A DNA stretch of 47,578 nt from Terriglobales bacterium (GTDB taxonomy: Bacteria > Acidobacteriota > Terriglobia > Terriglobales > Acidobacteriaceae), in NCBI GenBank assembly GCA_035500455.1, contig DATJXG010000089.1, positions 1-47,578 on the forward strand, in the 5' to 3' direction. A program made the translations under genes and the position numbers. Every line of letters begins with the position of its first letter. The first letter of the stretch is position 1. Shown one piece after another: positions 42,527-47,578 of the stretch. The notes beneath the pieces were generated by a model, which made no database searches, was not told where the DNA came from, and saw only the letters and a program-made list of their open reading frames with translations.

Positions 42527-43006
42527 ATGACCACCAAGCTGGAAGAACGCACTTACGAAGACGCGCTAAGCTGGCTGCGCGACCATGGCTTTGACTTAAC
42601 CGAAGCCCCCGGCACGCAGGCCCGCGTATTCCTCCGCAAATACAACTGCTCCGCGGCCATCCAAAAAAATGGCGACGATGGCGTGAAAATTTTTGCCTAT
42701 CCCGGCTATCTGGTGGGAAGCGAAATTTCCAAGCTGGTGAACAGGGGATACCAGCAGTTCCTGAAGACTGCAAAAAACGAAATCCCGGCCACCGCCGACC
42801 ACCTGAAAGCCCTGCACCAGTTTTCCGAAGAACTGAAAGAAGCCCTCGGGCTGCCCAGCCTTTACAACGAATCCCTGGGAACGGTGAGCGAATCCTACCA
42901 ATACGACCGCATCGAGGACCGCGACAAACCCGAACCCGAACGCCCCAAGCGCCCCTGGCAGGTAGCCCCGGCAAAAGTCAAGGCCGCAAAGAAGAGCCGC
43001 GCGTAG
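42527..43006 (+). CDS. hypothetical protein
   Basis: 159-aa ORF with a balanced composition and a Lys/Pro-rich tail. aaggag lies upstream, but the spacing of about 13 nt is long. I recognised no domain. Confidence 0.45.
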   Translation: MTTKLEERTYEDALSWLRDHGFDLTEAPGTQARVFLRKYNCSAAIQKNGDDGVKIFAYPGYLVGSEISKLVNRGYQQFLKTAKNEIPATADHLKALHQFSEELKEALGLPSLYNESLGTVSESYQYDRIEDRDKPEPERPKRPWQVAPAKVKAAKKSRA

Positions 43007-43042
43007 GCCAGCCCCAAACGCCTTGTGATTCCCCCACAACAG

Positions 43043-43126
43043 CTTGTCATTCCGAGCGAAGCGAGGAATCTCGGTATCTACGGCAGTCGCCAAGACCGAG
43101 ATTCCTCGCTTCGCTCGGAATGACAA
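43043..43126. repeat. Family-A palindromic element (copy A5)
   Basis: cttgtcattccgagcgaagcgaggaatctcgg (43043-43074) and ccgagattcctcgcttcgctcggaatgacaa (43096-43126). Confidence 0.9.
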
Positions 43127-43223
43127 ATAAGGTGTGGCCGCTGTGAACGCAGTCACTGTGAGCGCGGCATTCAATCCGTGAACATCCGCGTAATCGGTGG
43201 CGAGTATTTCACCCCCTTGAATC

Positions 43224-44690
43224 TCACTCCTTCTCCCCCGAGTGAAACGTAGTCCACGGCCCCGCCTTCATATCCCGAAGCAAAGGCTCTTGCCAGGAAT
43301 ACTCCGGATGCGCCTTTAGAAAATCCTTGGCCACAAAATCCGCGCCGCACGGATGCCCCGCCCGCGCCACAAAACTCATTTTCTCCGCCATGTCGCTGTC
43401 CGTAGCCTTGCCCTGCACCGCTCCGCCGGGATGAAATGCCTTCCAGTCCCAAATCCCAACCCCACGCGCGGAAGTGTCCACATGGCCACAAAGCGTGCGC
43501 TCGTCCGGTTGCTCTTTTTTTTCGAAGCTGTCGAGGTGGTCGGCAAGAAAATCACGCGCCTTGCCCACATCGATCGTGCCCTTGTTCTCGGCCATGAGCT
43601 GCTCCCAGCGCGCGCGCCGCGCATTCGGACTGGTGGACGCATCCGCCGCATCAAACGCCGGCGCATCATCTTTGATCACCTGCGGATCGCGCGCAAAATT
43701 TGAGCTGACGAAGTATCCGTCTTTCTTCCGCCACAGTGGCGTGTGCTTCAGCCCGAGTTCGAGGTATGCGATTTCCCCCGTCTTGCGGTCGCCGATGAGC
43801 CAGTCGTTGGCATAACCGCCATTGTTGCCTTCTTTAATAATGCGCACATAGTCGTCAATCGAATTGGCGTACTGCATCGCCTTGCGCGAGCGCATGAACT
43901 CCGGCTTGCCGTTCGGGTCCCATCCTGCAAACTGGGTTATGGTCGTTTCCGTCACCATGATTCCCGCCGAGTTCACCCCGAAATCGTCGTCGCTGGTAAT
44001 CACGCCGGGGAAGCCATCCATCAGAATGCGGTTGCCGTGCTGCGGGACGATATCAAACACAATCACCCAGCGCTCACCGTCGATGTAGCTGGTCCAGTTG
44101 TTATGCGCAATCACGATCTTGTGGTCGCGCGTATAACTCCCGGTGGCGATGAATGCGCTGCAATTGCCCGGGCTCACCAGGTGCGGCGCCTTCGCCACTT
44201 TCTGCTTCTCGTTCAGCCAGGGCACGTAGTAATCGGGAACTTCCTCGAAGGCATTCAGCGCCACCACATCATCCACGTCCATGGCCACATCGCGCGCTTT
44301 TAGTCCTGCAGCAATTCCCGCCAACTCCTCCTGATACTCCGCGTCGATCTTCGGCCAAAGCTGCTCCCGCGCGACTTTGCGGAAAAATTCCCAGTCGCGC
44401 TGCGTGCGATGCGTGTCCGAGAGCTTTACCGCAGCAAACGCATCGGCAATCTCCGGCGCCAGCAGGTAGCCATGCTGAAAGCCGATCTCCCCGGGCGATC
44501 CCTCCAGATGAACGTAAGTCCATCCACCCTTCTGGAAGCGGTAAGCGCTCTTCAGCCGCGGATCGGAATCCGCCGTATTGGCAGCCGCCGCGTGCGCCGG
44601 CACGCGCCGCATCGCGCCCATCCACAACATCACCGCGCCTGCCGCGATGAGAAACCAGACCACGCCATTGACAATCCGGCCATGTCCCAT
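43224..44690 (-). CDS. Ntn-hydrolase, phospholipase-B-like / C45-like family, membrane-anchored
   Basis: The candidate autoprocessing site PGNCSAFIATG, HNNW, and MDGFPGVITSDDDFGVNSAGIMVTETTI resemble the Phospholip_B (LAMA) pattern. I prefer the ATG at 44690 (MGHGRIVNGVVWFLIAAG anchor); the GTG at 44756 is the alternative. Confidence 0.65.
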   Translation of the reverse strand: MGHGRIVNGVVWFLIAAGAVMLWMGAMRRVPAHAAAANTADSDPRLKSAYRFQKGGWTYVHLEGSPGEIGFQHGYLLAPEIADAFAAVKLSDTHRTQRDWEFFRKVAREQLWPKIDAEYQEELAGIAAGLKARDVAMDVDDVVALNAFEEVPDYYVPWLNEKQKVAKAPHLVSPGNCSAFIATGSYTRDHKIVIAHNNWTSYIDGERWVIVFDIVPQHGNRILMDGFPGVITSDDDFGVNSAGIMVTETTITQFAGWDPNGKPEFMRSRKAMQYANSIDDYVRIIKEGNNGGYANDWLIGDRKTGEIAYLELGLKHTPLWRKKDGYFVSSNFARDPQVIKDDAPAFDAADASTSPNARRARWEQLMAENKGTIDVGKARDFLADHLDSFEKKEQPDERTLCGHVDTSARGVGIWDWKAFHPGGAVQGKATDSDMAEKMSFVARAGHPCGADFVAKDFLKAHPEYSWQEPLLRDMKAGPWTTFHSGEKE

Positions 44691-44760
44691 AATCCACGCT
44701 CCAATCGCTCCAGGCGGAAATCCAGTCTGACCGCGAATCGATCTCAAGTCAATCACCGTG

Positions 44761-44896
44761 AAACTCCGCGCCCTCGGCGGAATTTCTCGGCGCCCTCTGC
44801 GTTTTCAGATTTTGTTCTTCGCCCGGAAGAGAAAAACCTCAAAACGTGTATGACGAGATCGCCGCGGGCGCCAAGCACCCCACCGAGGACGCGAAG
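44761..44896. repeat. Family-B palindromic element (copy B7)
   Basis: aaactccgcgccctcggcggaatttctcggcgccctctgcgttttcagattttg faces aaaaacctcaaaacgtgtatgacgagatcgccgcgggcgccaagcaccccaccgaggacgcgaag. Confidence 0.8.
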
Positions 44897-44954
44897 CCGC
44901 TCCCCAGACCCAGAGCCCACGAAACCCCATCCCAACTGGTAGAATCAAAGAGCG

Positions 44955-47578
<2,624 letters not shown>

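Noticed and set aside
4644-44896. CRISPR array interpretation of the recurrent repeats
   Set aside because: The repeats are dispersed over 40 kb in separate intergenic regions. They occur as inverted pairs, are not regularly spaced with unique spacers, and no cas genes are present.

Overview
High-GC bacterial chromosomal segment. Gene content and the intergenic repeat families suggest an Acidobacteriota-type genome, but that is inference and no search was run. I call about 38 protein genes. They are: pgk, a macro-domain gene and tpiA; a secreted rhamnoside-degrading cluster (esterase, two GH78-type enzymes, a clan GH-A hydrolase); an orphan DUF58 protein; a PDZ-containing sensor kinase with a sigma54 activator; a decayed Na+/solute symporter pseudogene; mlaEF; topA and dprA separated by a four-helix-bundle (23S-IVS-type) cassette; futalosine menaquinone genes (mqnA, mqnC-like, mqnD-like) mixed with dedA and bioY; a processive GT2 synthase, an orphan sugar-binding lipoprotein and an Xaa-Pro aminopeptidase; rnhA; an OprB porin; an orphan Phd antitoxin; a cysteine synthase with a JAMM/Mec-like protease; a phospholipase-B-like Ntn hydrolase; and mfd, cut by the window end. 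I saw no rRNA, intact tRNA, CRISPR array, transposase or integrase. Nearly every intergenic gap holds one of at least three palindromic repeat families, and these repeats inflate several ORF-track N-termini. I found no convincing complete novel multi-gene system such as a defence system. The best leads are: (1) the inverted-repeat-bounded four-helix-bundle cassette between dprA and topA; (2) a lower-GC islet at 30.4-31.3 kb with a tRNA-3'-end-like fragment and an amber-interrupted Zn-ribbon mini-ORF; (3) the repeat families themselves; (4) cysM and mec with no sulfur-carrier gene; (5) the symporter relic beside the sigma54 two-component pair.
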